DNA of 64,000 nucleotides from an uncultured Candidatus Saccharibacteria bacterium (GCA_964518965.1 CAZFJP010000015.1:13314-77313), one strand, 5' to 3'. Numbered from the stretch's first letter, positions 9,002-19,009 are shown. Notes: generated by a model from the sequence alone, not told the origin. Program-made: numbers and translations.

Positions 9002-9077
9002 ATGTTAGATGTTAGATGTGAGATGTTAGATGTAAGATGTTTCCAATTCTAACATCTAACATCTTACTCCTAACATC
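9002..9077. repeat. heptad-iteron palindrome (family 3, copy C)
   Basis: Five tandem TAGATGT-like heptads (tagatgt tagatgt gagatgt tagatgt aagatgt), spacer ttccaattc, then inverted heptads aacatctaacatcttac..taacatc. It fills the entire 77-bp gap between the TPR-gene stop and the ruvC start. Confidence 0.65.
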
Positions 9078-10491
9078 ATTCTATTTTCCGCCAATTACTA
9101 AACTCTCCACTTAAATCTAAATCAATCGCCCGTGCATAACTTTCTCTCGCTTCCTTCATATGCCCCTGGTCTCTTAGAATTAGTGCTTTAACATAATAAG
9201 CGAAAGCAAAATCATAATCCGAGCGCAAAACTTGATTTACTTTATTAGTTGCTTCTTTCAGTCGGTTTTCTTTCCAAAGTTTTAATCCCTCCAAAGTCAA
9301 TTTCAACGACTTTTCCATGCTACTAATCAATTCATCAACTAGCTCAGTTTTACTAAGCTCCACTAAATTGCAATAGGCAAGCTGAATGTAATTGTTGAAA
9401 TATTTATCATCTTGTTCTAATCCTTTAGCAAAATAAACCGCCGCTTTATCAAAATCTTTCTTGCGTTCGGAAGCAATTCCCAAACGGAAATAGAGATCCG
9501 CACTTTGATATTTTAACTTTTCTGACTTGATAAATGACTGCTCTGACTGATCTAATTTTCCTTCGGCAAGTTGAATTCTTCCTAGAAGATAGTAAGTCAA
9601 ACCGTAAACCCGATCGCTTTTGAGAGCATTTTGAATCGCACTCTCCGCATCATTATATCGGAAACGCTGAAAGTAAGCATAGGCTTTTCCAAGCCAAGCA
9701 TCGCGATAGTCTGGCAAAAACTCTAGCGCCTTACTAAAAGCAACTTGTGCTACTTCTGGTTCTCTTAAATCATTGGCTAGTTTACCTACTAAGGCATAGT
9801 AATAAACTTGATTTTTCTGTTTTTCTAAATTAGTCAATTCACTCAAAATTCTTTCATTTTTAGTCCGCAACGAATGCTCACCTTTGTTTTTAAGCTGCTT
9901 AAGAGTAGTTTTTGCTTCACTGGGATTCTTTCGTGCCAACTGGATAAGTCCCTTGAGATAAAGAGTTTCGGAATTATCGGAAGTAAGTAGAGTAATCGCC
10001 GGCTCAATATTGCCAATACCAAGATAACTTCTAGCAAGAATTAAACTACCTTCTTCGCTTTCACTCAAAAGTAGCTGTGACTCTTGATCACGCTTGACTT
10101 CTTCATCTAAAATAGTTTGGTAATCTCCCTGCCTCAACTCATAACCAGAGATACCTAGAATTGCATCTTTATCCTTGGGAGCAATATCAATTGCTCTCCT
10201 GTAATTTTCTGACGCTTTACTGAATTGTCCTTTTAACTCATAGATCTCACCTAGTCTCAAATAAACTTTCGCCGTTTGATCTACACTCCCGCCAATTGCT
10301 AGTGCTTTCTCTAAATTCTCAATTGCTTTAGTATATTGCTTTTGCTTAAACAACTGATCACCACGGTTGTAATACTTAGCCTGAGTTTCTATAAAGAAAG
10401 AGTGACCGAAAGTTAAATAAGAAATACTTATCGCTAAAATAATTGCCCCGATAATAATTGAAATGATAAGAATTTTTTTATTGCGTGTCAT
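9076..10491 (-). CDS. TPR-repeat protein with N-terminal membrane anchor
   Basis: 471 aa. N-terminal hydrophobic helix ILIISIIIGAIILAISI, then multiple 34-aa TPR-like units (AxxxYxxALxxxP patterns). Confidence 0.7.
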   Translation of the reverse strand: MTRNKKILIISIIIGAIILAISISYLTFGHSFFIETQAKYYNRGDQLFKQKQYTKAIENLEKALAIGGSVDQTAKVYLRLGEIYELKGQFSKASENYRRAIDIAPKDKDAILGISGYELRQGDYQTILDEEVKRDQESQLLLSESEEGSLILARSYLGIGNIEPAITLLTSDNSETLYLKGLIQLARKNPSEAKTTLKQLKNKGEHSLRTKNERILSELTNLEKQKNQVYYYALVGKLANDLREPEVAQVAFSKALEFLPDYRDAWLGKAYAYFQRFRYNDAESAIQNALKSDRVYGLTYYLLGRIQLAEGKLDQSEQSFIKSEKLKYQSADLYFRLGIASERKKDFDKAAVYFAKGLEQDDKYFNNYIQLAYCNLVELSKTELVDELISSMEKSLKLTLEGLKLWKENRLKEATNKVNQVLRSDYDFAFAYYVKALILRDQGHMKEARESYARAIDLDLSGEFSNWRKIE

Positions 10492-10591
10492 ACTTAACGA
10501 TAGAATCAGTAAAAAGAATTCCTTGTTTTTTAAAAAGGTTGGAACTGCCTATATTATAGCTTAAAAATGGGATAAATTAAACAAGAGCTTT

Positions 10592-10620
10592 GACAAGAAA
10601 GGCAAAATCTGTTAAATTAG
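10592..10620 (+). promoter_or_regulatory. sigma70-like promoter for 10673 gene
   Basis: TTGACA, 17 nt, TAAATT in ctttgacaagaaaggcaaaatctgttaaattagag. Confidence 0.4.
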
Positions 10621-10672
10621 AGTCTAACCCGAAAGAACCCTAACAATTTCAAAAGAAAGGTGGTGAATAAAG

Positions 10673-11437
10673 ATGGGTATGTTTCTAGTAATTGAAGGAG
10701 TTGTTGTTGAAATCCCCCGCTTCTTCTATTCTACACCAGCAGCTTCCTTCACTTTCATCATCAAAGTCCCAGTTCAAGATCTTGCTCCTCATCGTTATCA
10801 CCCCCACTCCCAAGAAGAAGAGCGAACCTGGCGCTTAATCCTAGGACCAGAGTTTGAGATTTTTAACGAGCAGGACCCCTCTCCCCGTCGTGATCTCCGC
10901 AAGCTCATTCGCTTCTTTAATCTATACGAAGAGAGCCTTCAACCAATTACTATTCCGCGGTTAATCGGGTGCTATCTAGCAACCGCTTTTGCTGAGTACT
11001 CTTCTCGCTCTTCTGCCATGGCAGGAAAACTCGTCAATAACCTTGTCATAAAACTTCCTCTTGAACTTAGCAAAATCATGAAAGCACAGGAGATATTTAA
11101 GGAGGGTATCCGCCAAGGATGGGATATTGCTTGCGGAATCCTCCACAGCCCCTATCTCTCTCCCGAGACCAGTCCCAAAGCTACCAAGGTAATCCATGTG
11201 TCCCCGCCATTCTTCCCACCACCTCCGGAGGAAACACTTCCTGAAGAGCCAACCTTACCACCCCCTCCGCCAGAATCACCCATTCTTAAAGAATCAGCCA
11301 AACTCCCTCCCCGACCTGAACTCCCGCCAGCAGCAACTACCAAAGTAGCCAATGTACTTGACAATATCGATCGCTTCTTGAGAGAAGATAGGGATAAAAC
11401 ACCAACGCCACCACCTGAATTTCCTCCACTGAAATAA
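10673..11437 (+). CDS. hypothetical proline-rich protein
   Basis: 254 aa. The C-terminal third is Pro-rich (PPFFPPPPEETLPEEPTLPPPPPESP). RBS-like ggtggtg upstream. Locally elevated GC. No recognisable domain. Confidence 0.35.
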   Translation: MGMFLVIEGVVVEIPRFFYSTPAASFTFIIKVPVQDLAPHRYHPHSQEEERTWRLILGPEFEIFNEQDPSPRRDLRKLIRFFNLYEESLQPITIPRLIGCYLATAFAEYSSRSSAMAGKLVNNLVIKLPLELSKIMKAQEIFKEGIRQGWDIACGILHSPYLSPETSPKATKVIHVSPPFFPPPPEETLPEEPTLPPPPPESPILKESAKLPPRPELPPAATTKVANVLDNIDRFLREDRDKTPTPPPEFPPLK

Positions 11438-11444
11438 AAAAGCC

Positions 11445-11472
11445 GCCCAACTTATCAAAAAGGCGGCTTTTC
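11445..11472 (+). terminator. rho-independent terminator
   Basis: agccgcc...ggcggct stem followed by tttc. Confidence 0.5.
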
Positions 11473-11744
11473 ATTGACAAGAAACCGACAAGGAACCCTA
11501 GAAATGTTAAGCTACAACCTAACTAGACTCAAAGCACTTTCCCAACTGAAAGGAGTGAGACAAATGAGATTTTGGAAATGGCTGGAAGAAACCCAACATC
11601 CAGATTTCCATCGTCAAGGCGTGGCCAAAATACGGAGGAGAAAGCCAAAAACTACTGAACTCCTTTCCTTGTTTTCTCATCTGGGACACCCTTGTCTTCA
11701 TCGTTTCCTACTTTGGAGGCTATACCCTGCACCCTTGGCAAAAA

Positions 11745-11779
11745 TAAAACCACCTCGTCACAACGAGAGGTGGTTTTTT
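11745..11779. terminator. bidirectional rho-independent terminator (valS 3' end)
   Basis: ccacctcg tcacaacga gaggtgg stem, A-run upstream and T-run downstream. Confidence 0.55.
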
Positions 11780-11793
11780 ATTTCTAAAATATT

Positions 11794-14409
11794 TTAAACT
11801 AATCTTTTCAATTTTTCTTCTGCTTCACTCAACTTCTTTTCCTCTTTTTTAATAATTTCCGGTGGAGCTTTAGTAATAAAATCTTTATTTGCCAATTTTG
11901 CTTTCAAAAATTGAATGTAATTTTCTAATTTTATTTTTTCCTTCTTAATCTTTGCTTCATCAATAACTTTTCCCAAGAAAGCAAAGCTTATCCCACCCCT
12001 ACAAGGAATAGCTTTCTCACCAGAATCAATTTCTCCATACTCAATCCTTCCTACGCGAGCCAACTTCTGAATAATTAAGGATTCTCTTTTAAGTAAGTCT
12101 GAGTTTTTCGCGGCGTCAATTAAAAGATCAACTGATTTTTTCGGATCAATTTTATTCTCTGCCCTAATATTTCTAACTTTGACAATTAATTCCCGAACAA
12201 TCTCAAACTCCTTTTCGGCTTTCTTATCAACTAATTTGGCATTTTGCTTTGGCCACTCGGAAATAATCAACATTTTCTTAGGACTTAACTCTCTCCAAAG
12301 TACTTCTGAAACATAAGGCACGAACGGATGAGCTAATTTGAGAATATTTTCTAAAACCAACTGCAAAATTGCCTTTGTTTGTTCCTGATTCTTGCTAAAC
12401 TTGCTAATCTCTAAATACCAATCGGCAAAATCATTCCAAATAAAATTATAAATCAATTGACCTGCTTCACTTAACTGATATCTTTCAAGATACTTTGTCA
12501 CTTCCCCAATTACAAATTGTAACCTTGAAAGAATCCAACGATCAGCCAGTTCATATTTTTCCTTTTTCCTTTTTTGTTTTTTATGCTGGTCTATCCTAAC
12601 TAACACAAATCTTCCTACATTCCATACCTTATTAATAAAATTCCTGTAACCTTTAATTTTCTCTTCATACATCCGCATATCATTCCCTGGTTTCAATCCG
12701 ACAATGAGGGCCATGCGCAAGGCATCGGCGCCGTACTTATTAATCATCGCAATCGGGTCAATGCCGTTCCCGAGGGACTTGCTCATCTTTCTCCCCTTCT
12801 TATCCAAGACCATTCCGTGTAAATAGAGATGTTTGAAAGGCACTTGTTTGGTTAAATAAAGTCCCATCACAATCATCCGGACATCCCAGAAAAAGATGAT
12901 ATCGCGGCCATTTTCCATTAAACTATTGGGATAAAAATCGGCATAATCTTTGGTTTTCTCTGGCCAGCCCAAGGTGCTGAACGGCCAGAGCGCAGAAGAG
13001 AACCAAGTATCCAAGACATCCGGATCACGTTCTAATTTTCCGTTACACTTGGAACATTTTACGGTTTCATCTACAGAAACGATGGGGTGTTCCTTATGAA
13101 GATCACATTCACTACAATAATAAACCGGTAACTGATGTCCCCACCAAAGTTGTCTTGAGATACACCAATCGTGAATATTTTCTAACCACTGAAAGTAAAT
13201 TTTTTCAAATCTCTTCGGTTGAATTACTATCTTGCCTGCTTTCACAGCATTAATTGCTGGTCTTACCAGCGGTTTCATTTTGACAAACCATTGTTTGCTA
13301 ATTAATGGTTCTGCAATTTCACCACAACGCTGACAATGACCAACAGAATGGATATAATCAACAACTTTTCCTAAACGATGTTCCTTTTTTAGTGCCTCCA
13401 AAACCTTCTCACGCGCTTTTTTAACGGAAAGGCCTTTAAATTCACCAGCTTCCTTGGTCATCTTGCCATCCTCACCGATTACTTTCACCGAATCTAACTT
13501 GTGCCTTTGCCCAATCTCAAAATCATTAGAGTCATGAGCAGGAGTAACCTTCACAGCACCAGTACCAAACTCAAGGTCCACTAGATTATCGGCAATAATA
13601 GGAATTTCCCGCTTCATTAAGGGCAAAATCAGAGTTTGTCCAATCAGCTTCTCATAGCGTTTATCTTTCGGATTAACCGCAACCGCCGTATCCCCCAACA
13701 TCGTTTCTGGTCGAGTAGTCGCAACAGTAATAAACTTATGGAATTTTCCTTTAAGTGGGTATTTGATTTCCCAAAGTTTTCCAGCTTCTTCTTTATAAAC
13801 TACTTCCAAATCAGAAATTGCCGTGCCACAGCGGGTACACCAGTTTACTAAATATTCACCACGATAAATTAAACCTTTGTCATAGAGATCAACAAATACT
13901 TTGTTAACTACTTTACTTAACTCTGGACTTAAAGTAAATTTTTCCCGAGTCCAGTCGCAGGAAATTCCCAAACGTTTTAACTGCTCCACAATCTTTCCAC
14001 CGTATCTTTCTTTCCACTTCCAAACTCTCGCTACAAATTTATCTCGCCCCAGATCATGACGAGACTTTCCCTCTTTTATCAATTCTTTTTCCACCACTGC
14101 TTGAGTAGCAATACCCGCATGATCGGTGCCGGGAAGATATAAAACTTTTTCTCCTTGCATTCGATGGAACCTAATAATAACGTCTTTAATATCGTTACAA
14201 AGCGCATGACCTAGATGTAAACCACCGGTGATATTCGGTGGTGGCATCACTACTCCAAAAGGTTCGCCTTTTGAATTAATCTCGGGTTTGAAAAAACCAC
14301 TCTTATTCCAGGCATTGTAAATCTTTTCTTCATAATCTTTTGCGTTGTAGGTTTTTTCGAGTTTCATGTATTCATTATAACATAGGAACATTAGGTAGAA
14401 ATGCGCCAT
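11794..14409 (-). CDS. valS: valine--tRNA ligase
   Basis: 871 aa. Class I HIGH (PNITGGLHLGHAL) and KMSKS (KMSKSLGN) motifs, ValS-like editing and C-terminal coiled-coil domains. Confidence 0.95.
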   Translation of the reverse strand: MAHFYLMFLCYNEYMKLEKTYNAKDYEEKIYNAWNKSGFFKPEINSKGEPFGVVMPPPNITGGLHLGHALCNDIKDVIIRFHRMQGEKVLYLPGTDHAGIATQAVVEKELIKEGKSRHDLGRDKFVARVWKWKERYGGKIVEQLKRLGISCDWTREKFTLSPELSKVVNKVFVDLYDKGLIYRGEYLVNWCTRCGTAISDLEVVYKEEAGKLWEIKYPLKGKFHKFITVATTRPETMLGDTAVAVNPKDKRYEKLIGQTLILPLMKREIPIIADNLVDLEFGTGAVKVTPAHDSNDFEIGQRHKLDSVKVIGEDGKMTKEAGEFKGLSVKKAREKVLEALKKEHRLGKVVDYIHSVGHCQRCGEIAEPLISKQWFVKMKPLVRPAINAVKAGKIVIQPKRFEKIYFQWLENIHDWCISRQLWWGHQLPVYYCSECDLHKEHPIVSVDETVKCSKCNGKLERDPDVLDTWFSSALWPFSTLGWPEKTKDYADFYPNSLMENGRDIIFFWDVRMIVMGLYLTKQVPFKHLYLHGMVLDKKGRKMSKSLGNGIDPIAMINKYGADALRMALIVGLKPGNDMRMYEEKIKGYRNFINKVWNVGRFVLVRIDQHKKQKRKKEKYELADRWILSRLQFVIGEVTKYLERYQLSEAGQLIYNFIWNDFADWYLEISKFSKNQEQTKAILQLVLENILKLAHPFVPYVSEVLWRELSPKKMLIISEWPKQNAKLVDKKAEKEFEIVRELIVKVRNIRAENKIDPKKSVDLLIDAAKNSDLLKRESLIIQKLARVGRIEYGEIDSGEKAIPCRGGISFAFLGKVIDEAKIKKEKIKLENYIQFLKAKLANKDFITKAPPEIIKKEEKKLSEAEEKLKRLV

Positions 14410-14429
14410 AGAACGTCCCCGCAGGATTA

Positions 14430-15452
14430 TTACTCAATCTCCGCTACCGGATCTGCTTCCAATTTTTGCCAATCAATCATTTTCCCCTTTCTCATTTTGA
14501 AATATCCATTCATTGCCACAATTGCGCCATTATCAGTACAGAATTTGGTTGGGGGAAGATATAATTTCGTCAAAGAAGAAACTCGTTTTTCTAATTCTCT
14601 ACGTAATTCTGAGTTTGCCGCTACTCCTCCGCCTAAGATAAACGATTTGGGATGATATTTTTTAATAGCGCGGATAGATTTTTCTATCAAAACATCAACG
14701 ATTGCCTCTTGAAATGAGGCAGCGAGGTCGTTTTTCGAGAACAACCTCAGTGTTTTACTCACAGAACTGGATTGAAATTTATCTCTGATTAAATAAAGAA
14801 CCGCTGTTTTCAATCCCGCAAAACTAAAATCAAAATTGTCTTGTCCAATCATCGGTCTCGGTAAATCAAATGCTTTGGAATTTCCTTTCTCGGCTGCTTC
14901 ACTAATTGCGGGTCCACCGGGATAACCTAGTTCTAGCAATTTCGCCACTTTATCAAATGCTTCACCGGCAGCATCGTCTAATGTTGCACCTAACAATTGA
15001 TAATCACTATGACTTTTCATCAGAATTAACTCCGTATGTCCGCCACTAACCACTAACCCAATTGCAGGAAATTGCGGGGGTTTCTTGGTTTCAATCCATG
15101 CTGCATAAAGATGAGCTTCCACATGATTAATAGGAATGATTTTTTTATTTAAAGAGTATGCCAGTACTTTCGCAGTACTGACTCCTACTAACAATGAACC
15201 AATCAATCCCGGCCCGGAGGTCACTGCAATTGCATCAATGTCCCCTAATTCAATCTCTGCTTCTTTCAAAGCATGATTTAACAATGGAATCATTTTTTCT
15301 GTATGCGCTCGTGCAGCCACCTCCGGCACTATCCCCCCGAATTCCCTATGAAGATCGGTTTGTGAAGCAACAATATTACTTAAAAGATTACTGTCCTTTA
15401 GAACAGCAACAGCGGTTTCATCACAAGATGTTTCAATGCCTAAAATAATCAT
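14430..15452 (-). CDS. tsaD: tRNA N6-adenosine threonylcarbamoyltransferase TsaD (Kae1/Gcp family)
   Basis: 340 aa. MIILGIETSCDETAVAV N-terminus, HxxAH metal-binding region (HVEAHLYAA), GGVAANSELR. Confidence 0.9.
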   Translation of the reverse strand: MIILGIETSCDETAVAVLKDSNLLSNIVASQTDLHREFGGIVPEVAARAHTEKMIPLLNHALKEAEIELGDIDAIAVTSGPGLIGSLLVGVSTAKVLAYSLNKKIIPINHVEAHLYAAWIETKKPPQFPAIGLVVSGGHTELILMKSHSDYQLLGATLDDAAGEAFDKVAKLLELGYPGGPAISEAAEKGNSKAFDLPRPMIGQDNFDFSFAGLKTAVLYLIRDKFQSSSVSKTLRLFSKNDLAASFQEAIVDVLIEKSIRAIKKYHPKSFILGGGVAANSELRRELEKRVSSLTKLYLPPTKFCTDNGAIVAMNGYFKMRKGKMIDWQKLEADPVAEIE

Positions 15453-15574
15453 GTCAAATATAAAATGTTAAATGGAGAATGTATATTTGGTATTTGACAT
15501 TTTATATTTCACGTCCATATTACCTTAAAATGTCCTTTTCTGCTAAAATAAAGGTAGCTTATTGGAAAAACACT

Positions 15575-16594
15575 ATGGAACTCCAGACCATTTCCCCCCA
15601 AGAAAAACCTGCTTGGGACAATTTTATCAAGCAATCCCCATTTGCTCCTTTTCAGCAAACCTTTGCCTGGGGTAATTTTCAGAAATCGTTGGGGCGGAAG
15701 GTATTTTACCTTGCTTTAAAAGAGAAAAATCGCTACTTTTTGACCGCTTTAGTAATAAAACACCCCTTACCTCTAAAAAAATCCTACCTTTACATCCCTC
15801 GCGGACCGATTATTAATCAAAAATTATCTTCCGGTAAGCAAATCAAAGTTATTGACCAGTTTCTAGATCAATTAAGAAAAATTGCCAAACAAGAAAATGC
15901 AGTTTTTGCTCGTTTTGATCCAGCAATTCTGAAAAATAGCTCCCTTGGTGTTCACTTAACTAAAAAATATCAAAGTACTACTGGTTCCATTAAGCAACCA
16001 GAAAACACTTTGATACTAAATTTAGACAGCGACGAGGAAAAAATCTTAAGCGAGATGAAAAGTAAGACCCGCTATAATACTCGTCTCGCGGTTAAACGCG
16101 GTGTAACAATCAAAACCACTTCTAATTTAACAGACTTCTTGAGATTAAATAGAGAAACTACAAAACGAGATAAGTTTCAGGGACATGAAGATGCCTACTA
16201 CCAAAATTTATTGAAATTTTTCACCGCTAATCCCGAAGTAAAGTTAAAATTATTAATAGCTAGCTACCAAAATAAGGTAATTGCTGGAATTATCTTGGCT
16301 TTCTATCACAACACGGCTTTCTATTTACATGGTGCATCTTCTTACGAATACCGCAATGTGATGGCACCACACTTATTACAGTGGACAGGAATCAAAATCG
16401 CGAAAAAATTAGGATTAAAGTATTATGACTTTTGGGGAATTGCACCTGCAGATAAACCAAAGCATCCCTGGAGTGGAGTTACCAGATTTAAATTAGGTTT
16501 TGGCGGTAAAGAAATTAATTACATTCCGGCAAGAGAATTTGCATTTGATAAAAAGTGGTACTCCTTGATGCGCGTTATTAAAAAATTCTTTTGA
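15575..16594 (+). CDS. FemAB-family peptidoglycan-branch aminoacyltransferase (FemX-like)
   Basis: ORF track 15479..16594. Start re-chosen at ATG 15575 (MELQTISPQEK). KTRYNTRLAVKRGVTI and HGASSYEYRNVMAPHLLQW motifs typical of FemABX. Divergent from tsaD. Confidence 0.7.
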   Translation: MELQTISPQEKPAWDNFIKQSPFAPFQQTFAWGNFQKSLGRKVFYLALKEKNRYFLTALVIKHPLPLKKSYLYIPRGPIINQKLSSGKQIKVIDQFLDQLRKIAKQENAVFARFDPAILKNSSLGVHLTKKYQSTTGSIKQPENTLILNLDSDEEKILSEMKSKTRYNTRLAVKRGVTIKTTSNLTDFLRLNRETTKRDKFQGHEDAYYQNLLKFFTANPEVKLKLLIASYQNKVIAGIILAFYHNTAFYLHGASSYEYRNVMAPHLLQWTGIKIAKKLGLKYYDFWGIAPADKPKHPWSGVTRFKLGFGGKEINYIPAREFAFDKKWYSLMRVIKKFF

Positions 16595-16602
16595 AATAAA
16601 AA

Positions 16603-16622
16603 GCTCTGTCATATGACAGAGC
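16603..16622. terminator. perfect 20-bp palindrome, likely terminator hairpin
   Basis: gctctgtcatatgacagagc, with an A-run on the plus side (T-run for minus-strand transcripts). Confidence 0.45.
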
Positions 16623-16773
16623 CAATAAAGACGCTAACGGCGTCTGCTTTTGGGAAAAATTCCCAAAAAGAAAAGCGCAAGCATGTAAGCTGCTAGAAAC
16701 CACCATGGATGATTGTCCACTTTCTCTTCTTACCCTCCTGCTAGGAAATTTTTTTTCCAAGGAATTATCTTAC

Positions 16774-16923
16774 TCAATAGGACAGTAATAGAGAAAAGAT
16801 AACCACCACAACCAACAGGATCGAGATACCAAAAAGAAAATTGGCCTGGAAGTATTCCCAGTAAACTTGCACTATTTCAAAGAGGTTGGGAGAATTAGTA
16901 TGAATAGAACATAAATTAGTCAT
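16774..16923 (-). CDS. small hydrophobic protein (49 aa), not in ORF track
   Basis: MTNLCSIHTNSPNLFEIVQVYWEYFQANFLFGISILLVVVVIFSLLLSY. Strong SD ggagg 8 nt upstream of ATG on the minus strand. One TM helix. Confidence 0.4.
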   Translation of the reverse strand: MTNLCSIHTNSPNLFEIVQVYWEYFQANFLFGISILLVVVVIFSLLLSY

Positions 16924-16970
16924 TTAGCCAACCTCCACGTTGAATTGTTATTTTTAAAGTTCTCGCCGTA

Positions 16971-18311
16971 ATGTTCAAGAAAATTATTCCGAAACCGCTA
17001 CTTTTATTTTATCACAAACTAGTAGGAATACTAGCGGCATTTTTATATGGCTTTCCCGCAAGAAAACTAAAAGTCATCGGCGTAACAGGAACTAACGGTA
17101 AAACCACCACTCTAAACCTGATTGCAAAGATTTTGGAAGAAAACGGAACCAGAGTAGGAATGATTTCTACAGCAATCATTAAAATAGACCGAGAGTCAAA
17201 ATTAAACGAGAGCAAGATGACCTCATTGAGTCCTTTCGCTCTTAATAAATTCCTTCGCCAACTTCGCAAAAAGAAAATCCCTTTCGCTTTACTAGAAGTT
17301 TCCTCCCACTCCCTGGAACAAAGTCGCTTCTTTGGCGTACCTTTTGATGTTGCAGTGTTTACCAACCTTACTCCTGAGCACTTAGATTATCATGGAACAA
17401 TGGAAAATTATCGAAAAGCAAAGGAAAAGTTGTTTCATAATGTAGAAACTTCCAGAAAAAAGAAAGATACTCCCAAAGTCATCGTTCTTAACGCCGACGA
17501 TAAGCAGTTTGAATATTTCAATCACTATTCAGCGGATCTAAAATACACCTATCAGATCGCCGATGAAAACTTTCGGAATAAGTGTAGTCAAAAAATACTA
17601 CCGTTCCCAAATAAAGCCAGACAAGACCTCCTTTTAGCAAAAAAAATTAAACTGGAGCCGCATAAAACTACCTTTGAGTTGGAAACAAGAGAATTTAACG
17701 GTCAAATCGTCACTCACTTAAGTGGACTTTTCAATATTCAAAATGTCCTTGCCGCTATCGCAGTTGGTTTATCCCAACAAGTTCCTCCGACAACTATCCA
17801 AAAGGCACTTTTGAAATTTACCGGTGTACCGGGAAGACTGGAAATGATTCCTAACTACAAAGGAATTACTGTAATCGTTGACTATGCTCACACTCCTGAC
17901 GCCCTTAAAAATGTCTATCAAACTATCAAACCCTTAATTAAAAATCGTTTAATCGCTGTTTTAGGCGCTTGCGGTGACCGAGATAAAACTAAACGTCCTC
18001 TTTTAGGATTCCTCGCTGCAAAACACGCCGCTTTAGTTATCATTACTGACGAAGATCCTTATACAGAAGATGCGCGAAAGATTCGCGCGGAGGTAATTTC
18101 TGGCGTTGTTCAAGGTGGAAAAATAGAAAAGAAAGATTTCTGGGAAATCCCCAATCGCAAAGAAGCAATCCGATTTGCTATTGAGAAAGCTAATAAAGGT
18201 GATGTAGTGATGATTACCGGCAAAGGGTGCGAACAGTGGATGGTAGTTGGAAAAGAAAAAATTCCGTGGGATGATCGTAAAATAGCAAAGAAAATTTTGA
18301 ACCTCAGGTAA
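16971..18311 (+). CDS. Mur ligase family protein, MurE-like core lacking the N-terminal UDP-binding domain
   Basis: 446 aa. Hydrophobic N-terminus, then GVTGTNGKTTT (Walker A), FNIQNVLAAIAV, GVPGRLE, VIVDYAHTPDAL, LIAVLGACGDRDKTKRP, ITDEDPYTED, MITGKG: the MurE motif set. Confidence 0.7.
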   Translation: MFKKIIPKPLLLFYHKLVGILAAFLYGFPARKLKVIGVTGTNGKTTTLNLIAKILEENGTRVGMISTAIIKIDRESKLNESKMTSLSPFALNKFLRQLRKKKIPFALLEVSSHSLEQSRFFGVPFDVAVFTNLTPEHLDYHGTMENYRKAKEKLFHNVETSRKKKDTPKVIVLNADDKQFEYFNHYSADLKYTYQIADENFRNKCSQKILPFPNKARQDLLLAKKIKLEPHKTTFELETREFNGQIVTHLSGLFNIQNVLAAIAVGLSQQVPPTTIQKALLKFTGVPGRLEMIPNYKGITVIVDYAHTPDALKNVYQTIKPLIKNRLIAVLGACGDRDKTKRPLLGFLAAKHAALVIITDEDPYTEDARKIRAEVISGVVQGGKIEKKDFWEIPNRKEAIRFAIEKANKGDVVMITGKGCEQWMVVGKEKIPWDDRKIAKKILNLR

Positions 18312-18343
18312 AGGTAACCCACAAACTACTCTCCGTCAGTGGC

Positions 18344-18370
18344 ACCTGTCTAACTAACAGGTTTTTATTT
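18344..18370 (+). terminator. rho-independent terminator after Mur ligase
   Basis: acctgt ctaacta acaggt followed by ttttattt. Confidence 0.45.
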
Positions 18371-18478
18371 ACCCTTGACAGTATAATAAAAATATGTTAA
18401 AGTGGTAAAGTTGTATGGGTTCAGAACGCTCCTAAAAATAACTTTTCCAAAAGGAGTAAAAAGGAAGGAGTAAAACAA

Positions 18479-18925
18479 ATGAAGAAGCTCTTCTTGCCAA
18501 TCGTTATTATTGCTATTACCGTCCTGCCGGCGATTGCCAAAACTAAAGTAATCGCCGAAGTGGACGACGTACGGTTTAACGGTATCGTCTATGAGGACGG
18601 AACCCACCACATTGAAGGGTTAGTTTTCTTCGTTCCGTCCGAGAAGAAAGCCAACGACATCGGTGTAAAAATCGTCCGTGCCGGTGAGGCGGATCACCTG
18701 TGCCTGCAAATCGGCGAGGAAATTTATTATCTCCGCGCCGATCTAGATAAGACAAATATGAAAAAAACCGTTCGCATCACCGAGGATACGAACGGCAACT
18801 ACGAAGTAACTGCCTTTGTAAAAGTTTTCGACCGAAAGATCGAAAGAATTTTAAATAACTGGCGAGAAGAGAAAAACACCGAGAAGGTGTATCTTCTCGA
18901 CAGTGATCAGTTCGAAATTCCCTAA
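18479..18925 (+). CDS. secreted hypothetical protein
   Basis: 148 aa. Signal peptide MKKLFLPIVIIAITVLPAIA, good SD aaggaag upstream. No recognised domain. Confidence 0.4.
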   Translation: MKKLFLPIVIIAITVLPAIAKTKVIAEVDDVRFNGIVYEDGTHHIEGLVFFVPSEKKANDIGVKIVRAGEADHLCLQIGEEIYYLRADLDKTNMKKTVRITEDTNGNYEVTAFVKVFDRKIERILNNWREEKNTEKVYLLDSDQFEIP

Positions 18926-18941
18926 CCTGACCAATCTCACT

Positions 18942-18968
18942 CCCCGTCATAAAGACGGGGTTTTTTCT
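18942..18968 (+). terminator. rho-independent terminator
   Basis: ccccgtc ataaa gacgggg followed by ttttttc. Confidence 0.7.
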
Positions 18969-19009
18969 TTGATAAAAATGGAGTAAGCTTAATTTAGTAA
19001 CCACCAATT

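Noticed and set aside
11474-11797. 107-aa plus-strand ORF (alt. 77 aa from ATG with aaggag SD) between two terminators
   Set aside because: Trp/Arg/His-rich odd composition and it reads through the terminator hairpin at 11745-11779. Could be a tiny real gene but unsupported.
16578-16760. 60-aa minus-strand ORF
   Set aside because: Spans the 20-bp palindromic terminator and overlaps the femX 3' end. No RBS. Likely noise.
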